This document shows positions 1 to 10,161 of a stretch of DNA of 64,000 bases, piece by piece. The position numbers and the translations under genes were made by a program. The number at the start of each line of letters is the position of its first letter. Positions within the stretch are counted from its first letter, which is position 1. Below the pieces are notes generated by a model, which worked only from the letters and a program-made list of their open reading frames with translations, was not told the DNA's origin and did no database searches. The stretch comes from an uncultured Candidatus Rokubacteria bacterium. Its GTDB lineage: Bacteria; Methylomirabilota; Methylomirabilia; Rokubacteriales; CSP1-6. The stretch lies in contig CAVXJS010000021.1 in the NCBI GenBank assembly GCA_963762145.1, positions 1,024,001 to 1,088,000 of the forward strand. Reading direction: 5' to 3'.

Positions 1-109
1 CAATGACCGCGATCACGATCACGAGCTCGGCGAGCGTGAATCCCGGCGCCTTGCGCCACCGAGCGGTCTGCCACGCCTTGCGCCACCGAGCGGTCTGCCT
101 TTCGCTCAA
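1..109 (-). CDS. Type IV prepilin/pseudopilin, 5' part (runs off window)
   Basis: Manual translation from TTG at 109 (GGAGG RBS upstream): MSERQTARWRKAWQTARWRKAPG|FTLAELVIVIAVI, a class III signal peptide G|FTLxE followed by a hydrophobic helix; absent from the ORF track. Confidence 0.9.
   Translation of the reverse strand, partial: MSERQTARWRKAWQTARWRKAPGFTLAELVIVIAVI
47..99. repeat. Tandem duplication, 26-bp identical unit with 27-bp period, in the prepilin leader
   Basis: cgccttgcgccaccgagcggtctgcc at 47-72 and 74-99; in frame, encodes QTARWRKA twice. Confidence 0.95.
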
Positions 110-152
110 AGTCAGCTCCTCCCTGAATTCAACGCACTGGGCTGAGTTAGAT

Positions 153-168
153 CGCAAGCGGCGTGCCA
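153..168 (-). promoter_or_regulatory. Sigma54 (-24/-12) promoter of the pilin gene
   Basis: Minus strand TGGCAC-GCCGC-TTGCG matches TGGCAC-N5-TTGC, about 45 nt upstream of the start. Confidence 0.85.
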
Positions 169-261
169 TCCGGGCCGGCCCGGCTCAAAGCAAGAATTGC
201 TTGTATCGTCAGGGAGTTGTGCCACGATCGACGCGGTGCCGCCCTTGGGATGGACCTTTCG

Positions 262-277
262 TGTCACCGGCGTGACA
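262..277. promoter_or_regulatory. Candidate enhancer (bEBP/PilR-type upstream activator site)
   Basis: Palindrome TGTCAC-cggc-GTGACA about 100 nt upstream of the sigma54 promoter; extra TGACA half site at 282-286. Confidence 0.5.
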
Positions 278-380
278 TCCCTGACAAGGGGGAGGGGATT
301 CTCGCCCGGCTAAGGGCGTTCAGCCTGACCGGGGGGACAGGACCTGGCGGCTCGCTCCTCGAACCCATCATCCTCCTCAC

Positions 381-1751
381 TCACGCGACTCTCCGGCGCA
401 TCAGCCAGACGTAGAAGCCGAGCAGCAGCGCCCCGGCCAGCGCGAGGCCGACCGACTGCATCATCCACATGCCGGTGACGCCCCAGGGCGGCCCCCACAC
501 GCCGCGAAAGGCCACGTGGTAGCCACCCACGAGGCCCACGCCCCAGAGCGTGACCGCGTACACCACGGTGGGGGCGATCGCGCGCTTGTGAGCCCGGAGC
601 ACGAAGCCGACCGCGGTCTGCACCGCGTCGAACACGTGGAAGGCGGCCAGGAACGGAACCAGGGTCAGCGCCACCGCCGCCGCCGCCGCGTCGTTCGTGT
701 AGAGGCGGACGACCGGGTGGCGCAGCGTCCACACCGCGAGCGCGAGCGATGCCCCCGCGATCAGGGCGATGCGGATCCCGGTGGCCGCGGTGCGTTGCGC
801 CCGCCCGGCGTCCTCCGCCCCGATCGCGTGGGCGGTCAGGGTCGCGGTGGCGACCGCGAGCGAGAGCGGGACCATGAAGCAGAGGCCCGCGAGGTTCGCC
901 ACGATCTGGTGGCCCGCCATCACGCCGGTGCCGAGCCGGGCCACGAGCAGGGTGATGAACGTGAACGACGTCGCCTCGATCGCGTAGGACAGGCCCATGG
1001 GGATGCCGAGATGGACCTGCTCGCGGAGGACGGACCAGCGGGGCACCGCGCGGCGGATCGCGAAGCGGTGGTAGAAGGGGTCGAGGCGGGTGTGCGTCCA
1101 GCCCGCCGCGAAGAGAACCCAGAAGACGATGCCCGAGGCGAGCGCGCCACCCACCGCGCCCAGCCGCGGCAGCCCGAGCGCGCCGAAGATCAGGCCGTAG
1201 CTCAGGACCACCTTCAGCGCGAGCCCGGCGACCTGCATGCGCATGACGACGCGCGGCCGCGCCACCGCGATGTTGAGCGCGGAGATCACCCGGAACATGA
1301 GCGCGGCGGGCATCGCCGCCGCGACCACGAGCAGGTACCGCGTCACCACCGCCTCGACGTCGGGCGGGGCGTGGATCCGTCCGAGCCAGGGCCCGGGAAA
1401 CGCGAGGAAGAGGCCGCCCGCGGTCGAGAGCAGCAGGGCCAGCCAGAGCCCCTGCACGTAGCTCACGCCGATGGCGGTGTGCCGGCCCCCGCCGTGGTGC
1501 TGCCCGATGATCGGGTTCAGCGCGTTCAGCATGCCGAGGAGCGTCACGAAGACGCTCGAGTAGACGCCGGTCCCCAGGCCCATCGCGGCCAGGTCGGTGG
1601 CCGAGGCGTGGCCGGTGAGCACGGTGTCCACGACTCCGTACAGCATCACCGCCACCTGCCCGACGAAGATCGGGCGCGCCTGGTCGAGGATGCCCCTCGC
1701 GATCGACGGCGCCGGCGGATCCAGGTGCGCGGCGGGGCCGCCCCCGGTCAC
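381..1751 (-). CDS. MATE family efflux transporter (NorM-like)
   Basis: 456 aa, about 12 TM; VDTVLTGH, GHQIVANL and FHVFDAVQ motifs. Confidence 0.9.
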   Translation of the reverse strand: MTGGGPAAHLDPPAPSIARGILDQARPIFVGQVAVMLYGVVDTVLTGHASATDLAAMGLGTGVYSSVFVTLLGMLNALNPIIGQHHGGGRHTAIGVSYVQGLWLALLLSTAGGLFLAFPGPWLGRIHAPPDVEAVVTRYLLVVAAAMPAALMFRVISALNIAVARPRVVMRMQVAGLALKVVLSYGLIFGALGLPRLGAVGGALASGIVFWVLFAAGWTHTRLDPFYHRFAIRRAVPRWSVLREQVHLGIPMGLSYAIEATSFTFITLLVARLGTGVMAGHQIVANLAGLCFMVPLSLAVATATLTAHAIGAEDAGRAQRTAATGIRIALIAGASLALAVWTLRHPVVRLYTNDAAAAAVALTLVPFLAAFHVFDAVQTAVGFVLRAHKRAIAPTVVYAVTLWGVGLVGGYHVAFRGVWGPPWGVTGMWMMQSVGLALAGALLLGFYVWLMRRRVA

Positions 1752-3385
1752 CGCCGGACCACGTAGCCGATGGACTCGCGGTCCCAGGTGGCCGCGGTGA
1801 TCCCCGCCTCGCGCAGCGGCGTCTTCTGGATCTTGCCGGTGGGGGTCTTGGCCAGCTCACCGGATACCACCTCCACGAAGCGCGGCACCGCGAAGTGCGG
1901 CATCCGGGGCGCGCACCAGTCGAGCAGGTCCACCGGATCCACCCCCGCGCCGGGGGTCGGCACCACGTAGGCCTTCACCTCGTCCTCCCCGCCCGCGCCG
2001 GCCACCTTGACCGCGACCACCGCCGACTCGGCCACCGCGGGGTGGGCATTGAGCACCTGCTCGATCTCGAAGCTCGAGATGTTCTCGCCCCGCCGGCGGA
2101 TGCAGTCCTTGATGCGATCCACGAAGTGCAGGCGGCCCGCGTCGTCGAACCGTCCGGCGTCGCCGGTGTGAAACCAGAGATTGCGCCACGCCTCCACCGT
2201 CTTCTCGGGCATCCGGAAGTAGCCGGCCATGACGCAGCCCGGGACCTTCGGCCGCACCACGATCTCGCCGGTCTGCCCCGGGGGAAGGAGCGCGTCGGTG
2301 GCGGGATCGGCGATCGCGACGTCGAACCAGTCGTGGAGCGGGTACCCGGCGCAGCCCGGCACGAGCGCGTCGCCCGGACGGGTGTACGCCACGATGTTGC
2401 ACTCGGTCATGCCGAACCCCTGCATGAACGGCACGCCGAAGCGCTGCTCGAAGGCCGCGCCCCACTCGGGCGCGATCGGCACCGCCATCATCAGCCGCAG
2501 CCGGTGATCGCGATCGCGATCGGTCGGGGGCTGGCGGAAGATGAACTCGGGAATGACGCCGAGGCCGTTCGTGATCGTGGCCTCGGCCGCGCGCACCTCC
2601 TCGAGCCAGGTCGTGGCCCGGAAGCGCTCGGTCACCAGCGCCTCCGCGCCCGCGATCAGACAGCCCAGGAACTGCATGAGCAGGGCGTTGGCGTGGAACA
2701 GGGGCATGCAGATGAAGTAGCGATCGGCCGCGGTGAGCGACGTCGCCTCCGCCAGCCCGAGGCCGGCCAGGTAGCAGTGCCCGTGCGGGATGAGCACGCC
2801 CTTCGACGGCCCGGTCGTGCCGGAGGTGTACATGATCATCGCGACGTCGCCGGGCTCGGGCGTCACCAGATCCGCCGACGCCCGGAGCGCCCGCAGCTCG
2901 GGCCACGTGAGCCGCCGCGACCCGGCCAGGCCCGCGGGCGTCGGGGTGGCCGCGTCGCCGACGATGACGAGGGTCTCGGGGGCCACCGGACCCGCGGTGA
3001 CTCCGGCGAGGTTCGCGGCCAGGCGGTCCTCGAGGACGACGACGCGCGGCTCGGCGTTGCGCAGCTGGTGCTGGAGGAACGCGCCGCGCAGCGCGGTGTT
3101 GACCGGCACCCAGACCGCGCCGAGCTTCACGGTCGCGAAGAGCAGGCCGATCGACTCCGCGCGGTTGCCGATGAGGCCCAGCACGCGATCGCCGGGTTGC
3201 ACGCCGAGGGCGGCCAGCGACCCGGCCAGCTCGTCCGTCCACGCATCGAGCGCGCGGTAGGTGAAGGCCTGCCCGTCCTCGAAGCGGACGAACGGGCGCG
3301 CTCCCTGCGCGCCGGCCTGCCGGCGAATCAGGTGGACGAGCGTCCACTCGCGCCACGGGGCCCGGATGCGTGCCGGCTCAGCCAC
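1748..3385 (-). CDS. AMP-dependent acyl-CoA ligase (CaiC-like)
   Basis: YTSGTTGPSKG, GFGMTE, WFHTGD, DRIKDCIRRRGENISS, TPTGKIQK. Confidence 0.92.
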   Translation of the reverse strand: MAEPARIRAPWREWTLVHLIRRQAGAQGARPFVRFEDGQAFTYRALDAWTDELAGSLAALGVQPGDRVLGLIGNRAESIGLLFATVKLGAVWVPVNTALRGAFLQHQLRNAEPRVVVLEDRLAANLAGVTAGPVAPETLVIVGDAATPTPAGLAGSRRLTWPELRALRASADLVTPEPGDVAMIMYTSGTTGPSKGVLIPHGHCYLAGLGLAEATSLTAADRYFICMPLFHANALLMQFLGCLIAGAEALVTERFRATTWLEEVRAAEATITNGLGVIPEFIFRQPPTDRDRDHRLRLMMAVPIAPEWGAAFEQRFGVPFMQGFGMTECNIVAYTRPGDALVPGCAGYPLHDWFDVAIADPATDALLPPGQTGEIVVRPKVPGCVMAGYFRMPEKTVEAWRNLWFHTGDAGRFDDAGRLHFVDRIKDCIRRRGENISSFEIEQVLNAHPAVAESAVVAVKVAGAGGEDEVKAYVVPTPGAGVDPVDLLDWCAPRMPHFAVPRFVEVVSGELAKTPTGKIQKTPLREAGITAATWDRESIGYVVRR

Positions 3386-3704
3386 CAGGGGGACGGTATC
3401 CCGCCCCCTGGGCCAGGAGCAGGGCGTCGAAGCCTTCGTCGGGCGACATCAGGATGGTGGTCTTGAAGTCCTTCACCGCGCCGCTTCCCGCGATGGCCAT
3501 GGAGAACGCGGCCGCGTTGATGTTGCTGGGCACGTCGAAGAGTACGAGCACGTCGTAGTCACCGAACGTGTAGTACCAGGCCAGCACCCGGCCGCCGAGC
3601 TTCTCGACGACGGGCTTGAGCGCCTCCATCCGGTTCTCGGGCCGCTGGACCAGCTTGTTCCACGCCACGTTCGTGTAGGACGCCTGCACCATGTAAGTCG
3701 GCAT
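3378..3704 (-). CDS. GYD domain protein
   Basis: MPTYMVQASYT...YYTFGDYDV motif, 108 aa. Confidence 0.85.
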   Translation of the reverse strand: MPTYMVQASYTNVAWNKLVQRPENRMEALKPVVEKLGGRVLAWYYTFGDYDVLVLFDVPSNINAAAFSMAIAGSGAVKDFKTTILMSPDEGFDALLLAQGAGYRPPGG

Positions 3705-3791
3705 GGGAATCCTCCTCGCCCACCGTGCGCTGCGCCGAGAACTCTGCGCCTCTCCGCGGCAGCAGTCAAGGCGCCGGGGGAGCCCGCCGCG

Positions 3792-4151
3792 CTAGAGGTC
3801 GACCACGACCTTGAAGCCGCCGTAGACCATGCGCTTGAAATCGAACGGCATCGATTTCGCATCCATGGACGCGCCCAGGCGCTTGTCCTTCATCACGAGG
3901 GCGTTGACCCGATCCCGATGCGCCCGCGACCGGAACACGATCCACGAGAACACCACCGTCTCGCCGCGCTTGAGCTTGATCCGGCGGGGAAACGGGGTCA
4001 ACCCCTTCACGTCGAGGTCGTCGCCGACACACTCCCGGTACTCCAGCGCGCCGTGCTCCCGCCAGATCGTCCCCGCCTTCCGCGCGATGCGACGATAGGC
4101 CGTGATGTTCTTCTTCAGCACCGGCAGCACGTAGCCGTCCACGTAGCGCAT
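3792..4151 (-). CDS. DUF1428 family protein (YbaA-like)
   Basis: MRYVDGYVLPV...EHGALEYRECVGDD...MPFDFKRMVYGGF; start moved to the ATG at 4151. Confidence 0.9.
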   Translation of the reverse strand: MRYVDGYVLPVLKKNITAYRRIARKAGTIWREHGALEYRECVGDDLDVKGLTPFPRRIKLKRGETVVFSWIVFRSRAHRDRVNALVMKDKRLGASMDAKSMPFDFKRMVYGGFKVVVDL

Positions 4152-4176
4152 GATGCATTTCTCCCGTCTAGGCGGC

Positions 4177-5263
4177 TCAGTCGTCGAGCGCCTGGTAGAT
4201 CGATGTCCAGAAGTCACGACAGACATCCGGCGGGCGGGGCGACGTCCACGCGCGCTGGGTCATCAGGACCGCGACGAGGTCCTCGCGGGGATCCGACCGC
4301 CAGGACGTGCCCAGGCCGCCGTCCCAGCCGAACTGGCCGACGGATCCCGGCACGTCATCCCGCCGGGTGACCATGGACAGGCCGAAGCCCCAGCCGTGGG
4401 AGTCGAAGTAGCCGTCGACCAGGCCGGACGCCGCCTTCTGCTCGGGCGTGAGCTGATCGGTCGTCATCGTCTCGACCGAGGCGCTCGAGAGGATGCGCTC
4501 GCGACCGTGCCGCCCCTTGTGGAGCAGCATCCGCCCGAAGGACAGGTAGTCGTCGACGGTGGAGACCAGGCCGCTGGCCGCGGCGGGAAACGCGGGCGGG
4601 CGGCTCCAGTGGCCGCCCGCGGCCTCGTCGAAGACCTCGATCGCCCCGCTCTCGGGATTGCTCCAGTAGCTCGTGGCCAGCCGGTCGATCTTGCCCGCGG
4701 GCACGCTGAAGCCGGTATCCTTCATGCCGAGCGGCTCGAAGAGGCGCGCGCGCAGGAACGCCTCGAGGGGCTGGCCGGCCGCGCGCGCGATCAGCACCCC
4801 GAGGACGTCCAGGCCCAGGTCGTACATCCACCGCTCGCCGGGCTGGTGCATCAGCGGCAGCGTCGCCACGTTGCGGATCCACTCGTCCGGCGCCGGCAGA
4901 TCCAGCGGCCGCGGGGGACCCAGGAGCAGCTTGTGCCGGTTGGCCGCCTGCAAGATTGGATAGGAGCTCGCCGCGTCCATGACGTAGCCGAGCCCCATCC
5001 GGAGGGTCAGCAGGTCGCGCAGGCTGAGCGGCCGGTGCGCGGGCACGGTGTCGTCGAGCGGCCCGTCGAGCCGCTTCAGCACCGTCCGCCCGGACAGCTC
5101 CCACGCCGATCGCCTCGACGCGCACCTCGCCCCGCCGGCTGACCAGCGTGACCAGGCCGGGGACCTCGCCGCCCTCGACGTGCCCGGCCATCACGTCGCG
5201 CATGCGAGCGAGCCGGCTCCGGGACAATCCGGTGCGGCTCTCCGCCGTTCGCCCCCTAGCCAC
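4177..5263 (-). pseudogene. Class C beta-lactamase-like serine hydrolase with an internal deletion and frame change near 5101
   Basis: N-terminus (GEVPGLVTLVSRRGEVRVEAIGV) joins out of frame to ELSGRTVLKRLD...LRDLLT...PGERWMY...FGWDGG; the SxxK catalytic segment is missing. Confidence 0.75.
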
Positions 5264-5548
5264 CGGCCATCGCGCCCACGACCAGGTACGGCTCCGTGCC
5301 TTCCGCCACTTCGTCGGGGAGCGGGGCGTCCGGGGACTCGTGGGAGAGATCCTCCTCGCAGGCGAAGAACCGGAGAAACGGCCGCCGCTGCTGGGTGACG
5401 TGGTCGCGGATCGTCCCGCGCAGCATCGGGTAGGCGGCCTCGAGCGCGTCGAGCACCGATCGCTGCGTCACCGCGCCCGCGACGTGGATCTTCACCTCGC
5501 CGTCCACGCGCGCGAGCGTCCGCAGGTGAGCCGGCAGCACCACCCGGA

Positions 5549-5552
<4 letters not shown>
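5256..5552 (-). CDS. MoaD/ThiS family ubiquitin-like protein
   Basis: 98 aa beta-grasp pattern ending in AMAGG; overlaps the upstream gene by 4 nt. Confidence 0.9.
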
Positions 5553-6660
<1,108 letters not shown>

Positions 6661-6664
<4 letters not shown>

Positions 6665-6753
6665 CGCGTCGCCCTCCCCTCGAGCTCGAGCTCCTTGCTC
6701 GGGGCGCCCGCCTCCGACTCCTTCGTCGCCTTGATCAGCATCATGAATCGCAT
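6661..6753 (-). pseudogene. Truncated YciI/DGPF-family remnant (30 aa)
   Basis: GAGGAGG RBS then [30 protein letters not shown]; the first ~20 aa align with the intact paralog at 56808-57248 (MRCMIIIKASKDSEAGVLP). Confidence 0.75.
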
Positions 6754-6765
6754 CGCCTTGCCTCC

Positions 6766-7206
6766 TCAGGATTTCCTCAGCGGAACCAGGGCCTTCAGCC
6801 GAGGCTCACGCAGGTAGATGCCGAGCCAGACCACGAGCCCGATCGCGAACTGCGCCAGGAAGGGGTCCCCGACACGCCAGTGAGTGCAGATCGCGCCCCC
6901 CAGGTAACCGGTGAGGAGAATCGCGCCCAGCACCGACGTCGCCGGGATCAGGAAGATCACCGTGCAGGCGGCCTCGAGGATTCCCAGCGGGACGGTCATC
7001 GACTCGGGCAGCCCCAGCTGCGCCATGCCGTCCTTCACCTCGGGGCCGCCGACGAACTTCATGGCCGCGCTGAACAGGAACAGGAGTGACACGAGCCCGG
7101 TGATCACCCGCCCGGTCCACACGATCTTTCCGCTCGCACCTTGCAATGCACGCCTCCTCGTGACGGCCAGGCCGTCAGTGACCGACGGTTTTCCGGATGC
7201 TGCCAT
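6766..7206 (-). CDS. DoxX family membrane protein
   Basis: FLFSAAMKF...[20 protein letters not shown]...LREPRL. Confidence 0.85.
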   Translation of the reverse strand: MAASGKPSVTDGLAVTRRRALQGASGKIVWTGRVITGLVSLLFLFSAAMKFVGGPEVKDGMAQLGLPESMTVPLGILEAACTVIFLIPATSVLGAILLTGYLGGAICTHWRVGDPFLAQFAIGLVVWLGIYLREPRLKALVPLRKS

Positions 7207-7654
7207 AGTGCTCGTCGATGTGGCCGAGCAGGCCAGCCCGGATCAGCTGCTCGGCCGTCATCGGGGGCATGCTCTTGAACACCATACCGCTCCTTGCAAG
7301 CTCCGCGTCGCTCAGCCCGCGGATCGTCGCGGCGGCGGCCGTCGTGCCCTTCCGGTGCAGCTCGATCGTCTCCGCCCGGGTGCAGCCCGCGAAATCTCGC
7401 GCGTGCTGGGCATTCATCCCGTCGATCATCTCCATGCTGAGATTCCCCGGCGCCTGCCCCGACGTGACGGCCCGGATCATGGCGCAGATCGGCTCCAGCA
7501 CGCTGGCCATGTGGTGGGCCGTCACGCCCACCGGCCACTTCTCGGCCGCGGTCACCTGGCTCCAGTCCGCATCGCTGAGCTTCTCCAGCGTGTCGACCGC
7601 CTCGCGAGACTTCGCCTCGAACTGCCTCGCCAGCTCCTCGCTCTTCGCTCCCAT
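7175..7654 (-). CDS. DinB-like four-helix protein
   Basis: W..GVTAHH and GHIDEH His motifs, 159 aa, GGAGG RBS. Confidence 0.65.
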   Translation of the reverse strand: MGAKSEELARQFEAKSREAVDTLEKLSDADWSQVTAAEKWPVGVTAHHMASVLEPICAMIRAVTSGQAPGNLSMEMIDGMNAQHARDFAGCTRAETIELHRKGTTAAAATIRGLSDAELARSGMVFKSMPPMTAEQLIRAGLLGHIDEHYGSIRKTVGH

Positions 7655-7663
7655 GGTCGCCTC

Positions 7664-8203
7664 CTATGATCTCGGCGCCGCTTCCGCGATCGCCTTCATC
7701 TGGGCCAGGCCCTTCTCGAAATCGTCGCCGATCATCTTGTCCATGTTCATGACCAGGCCCATGGCCTTGGCGGGAAAGCCGTTCCGGCCGTCGAGGGTCC
7801 ACGTGACCGCGGTGCGCTCACCCTCGGGCCTGAAGGTGAACGTCGCGGTGCTGGTGGCCGCGAAGGGCCGCACGAACTCGAGCCGGACCCGGATCAGCTC
7901 GCTGGGTCGGCTCTCGACGATCGTCGTCCGCCCCTCGCCCACCTCGTGATTGCCGGACCACGTGTACACCGCGCCCACGCCCGACGGCGCGCCCTCGAAG
8001 GTCTTCTTCATCCCGGGATCGCGCTTCGCGTACGGCGACCAGGCGTCCCACTGGTGAAAGTCGTTCACCTGGGCGAAGACGACCGCGGCCGGGGCCGACA
8101 CGGTGGCGGTCCGCTCCACGCGGAACTCGGACGGCCGCGTGGCGATGACGACGACCAGCACCACCACGAGCACCGCGATGGCGATCAGGATCTTGAGAAT
8201 CAT
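7664..8203 (-). CDS. SRPBCC/polyketide cyclase family protein with N-terminal TM anchor
   Basis: MILKILIAIAVLVV...FRVERT...WSPY...IGDDFEKGLAQMK; start at ATG 8203 with GGAGG RBS. Confidence 0.88.
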   Translation of the reverse strand: MILKILIAIAVLVVVLVVVIATRPSEFRVERTATVSAPAAVVFAQVNDFHQWDAWSPYAKRDPGMKKTFEGAPSGVGAVYTWSGNHEVGEGRTTIVESRPSELIRVRLEFVRPFAATSTATFTFRPEGERTAVTWTLDGRNGFPAKAMGLVMNMDKMIGDDFEKGLAQMKAIAEAAPRS

Positions 8204-8261
8204 GGAGCCTCCCGTTCCGTGGAATCCTGCACGTCGCGGCGCAATCGCCTGACGCCAGATA

Positions 8262-8288
8262 GTCGCCCGGGGCGGCCCCGAATCGACA
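8262..8288 (-). promoter_or_regulatory. ECF42-type sigma factor promoter
   Basis: Minus strand TGTCGA-N17-CGAC; same layout at 57296-57322. Confidence 0.7.
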
Positions 8289-8319
8289 GGGAGGGTAAAC
8301 GCCTTCGAGAGAAGGACTT

Positions 8320-8619
8320 CTACGGCGTGACGGTCGGCCGCTGGGGCGCCGGGGCGTGCGGGTTCAGGTAGGGGCTCGGGTTGACCCGCCCCACCTCCGA
8401 GAAGTTGAACGCGTGGGTGCGGCCGTCGGCGGGCTGGCCGGCGGTGGTGTAGCAGCGGCACGGCCGGGTGATCTGGACGACGGTCCCCGGCGGCAGGAGG
8501 CACCATCCCCACGCGGTGTTGCAGACGTTCGCGATGATGCCTTGCGGCTCGGCCGGCGGCGCGGCGACGAGCAGGGCGAGCGCGAGAGCGCCCACCCGGA
8601 TCCAGCGCAGCCCACGCAT
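8320..8619 (-). CDS. Small secreted Cys-rich hypothetical protein
   Basis: Signal peptide, then CxTxWGWC...PCRC...G pattern, 99 aa. Confidence 0.7.
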   Translation of the reverse strand: MRGLRWIRVGALALALLVAAPPAEPQGIIANVCNTAWGWCLLPPGTVVQITRPCRCYTTAGQPADGRTHAFNFSEVGRVNPSPYLNPHAPAPQRPTVTP

Positions 8620-8653
8620 GCCGGAGCCCTCCCGGTGACTCGGAGCCTGGACA

Positions 8654-8701
8654 GGTCGGACAGGTGGTGAGAGCGTACTCCCGAGAGGACGCCGTGGACA
8701 A
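8654..8701 (-). promoter_or_regulatory. Sigma70-like promoter with shared leader motif (copy 1, degenerate)
   Basis: Minus strand TTGTCC-N18-TACGCT-CTCACCACCTGTCCGACC; similar to copies near 15.6 kb and 45.0 kb. Confidence 0.5.
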
Positions 8702-9170
8702 CCTGGACCGCTTTCGCCAGGCGCAGGACGCGCCCCACGCCGGCTACGCCGCGGCCCTCCGCGAGCTACAGGCCGGGGAGAAGACGGGCCACTGGATCTG
8801 GTACGTGTTCCCGCAGCTCGCGGGACTGGGGCAGTCCTCCACCGCGGTCTACTACGGATTGGACTCGGTCGAGGAAGCCGCGGCCTACCTGCGCGATCCC
8901 GTGCTCGGCGCGCGGCTGGTCGGGGCGGCCACCGCCGCGCGGGCGCATCTGGCCGGCGGGGGGGCCCGCCCGATCCGCCTCCTGGCCCTGATGGGCTCGG
9001 AGATCGACGCGCGCAAGCTCGTCTCGAGCATGACGCTGTTCGGGCACGTCGCGAGGACGGATTCCCAGCCGCACGGCGCGGCCATGGCCGCCCACGCCGA
9101 CGCGATCCTGGCCGCGGCGGCCGCGCAGGGATACGACCGCTGCGCCTACACCGCCGACCGCCTCGGCTGA
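8694..9170 (+). CDS. DUF1810 family protein
   Basis: LDRFRQAQ...GEKTGHWIWYVFPQLAGLG...KLVSSMTLF. Confidence 0.9.
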   Translation: MDNLDRFRQAQDAPHAGYAAALRELQAGEKTGHWIWYVFPQLAGLGQSSTAVYYGLDSVEEAAAYLRDPVLGARLVGAATAARAHLAGGGARPIRLLALMGSEIDARKLVSSMTLFGHVARTDSQPHGAAMAAHADAILAAAAAQGYDRCAYTADRLG

Positions 9171-9171
9171 A

Positions 9172-10161
9172 TCACGCGGCCGACGCCGGCACCGCCTCGT
9201 ACAGGTAGCAGGCCACCTCGTGGGCCGCGCCGACCGGCACGCGCGGCGGGGTCGCCTCGGCGCAGCGGGGCATCACGGACGGGCAGCGGGTGCGGAACCG
9301 GCAGCCGGAGGGCGGGTTGATCGGGTTCGGGGGATCGCCGGTGATCGGCAGGCGATCCATGCGGCGGTCGGGATCCATGCTGGGCGCGGAGGCGAAGAGC
9401 GCCTGGGTGTACGGGTGCTTCGGCGCCTGCGCGAGGGCCTCCGCGGTCCCGGTCTCCACCACCTCGCCGAGGTACATGACGAGCACCCGATCGCTCACGT
9501 ACTCGATGACGTTCAGGTCGTGCGAGATGAGGACGTAGGTCAGCGCGCGCTCCGCCTTGAGGTCCTGCAGCAGGTTGAGCACCTGGGCCTGCACGGACTT
9601 GTCGAGCGCGGACACCGGCTCGTCGAGCACCAGCAGCTTCGGGTCCAGCACGAGCGCGCGCGCGATGTTCACCCGCTGGCGCTGGCCCCCGCTCAGCTCG
9701 TGGGCATAGCGCCGGCCGTGGAGCCGCGGGTCGAGGCCCACCCGGCCCAGCAGCGCGCGGGCCCGCGCCCCCGCCTCGGCGCGCGGGGTGCCGTGTACGA
9801 GCAGGCTGAACGCCACCGTGTCCTCGATCGTCAGGCGCGGGTTCAGCGACGCGTAGGGGTCCTGGAAGACGAGCTGCATGTCCCGGCGCAGCCGCTTCAT
9901 GCGCGACGGCGAGGCGGCGAGCACGTCCTCGCCGCCGAACCGCACGACGCCCGCGTCGGGCTCGATCAGTCTCAGCAGGAGCCGCGCGAGCGTGGACTTG
10001 CCGCAGCCGGACTCGCCCACGATGCCGAGGGTCTCGCCCGGCGCCACCTCGAACGAGACGTCGTCCACCGCCCGCACCCAGGCCCGGGTGCGCTGCAGCA
10101 CCCCGCCGCGCAGGGGAAAGTGCTTGCGCAGGTTGAGCGCCTCCAGCAGCGGCGCGCTCAC
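9172..10161 (-). CDS. Peptide ABC transporter ATP-binding protein (OppF/DppF-like)
   Basis: GESGCGKST, LSGGQRQR, LDEP, HPYT and GCRFRTRCP; start GTG 10161. Confidence 0.92.
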   Translation of the reverse strand: MSAPLLEALNLRKHFPLRGGVLQRTRAWVRAVDDVSFEVAPGETLGIVGESGCGKSTLARLLLRLIEPDAGVVRFGGEDVLAASPSRMKRLRRDMQLVFQDPYASLNPRLTIEDTVAFSLLVHGTPRAEAGARARALLGRVGLDPRLHGRRYAHELSGGQRQRVNIARALVLDPKLLVLDEPVSALDKSVQAQVLNLLQDLKAERALTYVLISHDLNVIEYVSDRVLVMYLGEVVETGTAEALAQAPKHPYTQALFASAPSMDPDRRMDRLPITGDPPNPINPPSGCRFRTRCPSVMPRCAEATPPRVPVGAAHEVACYLYEAVPASAA

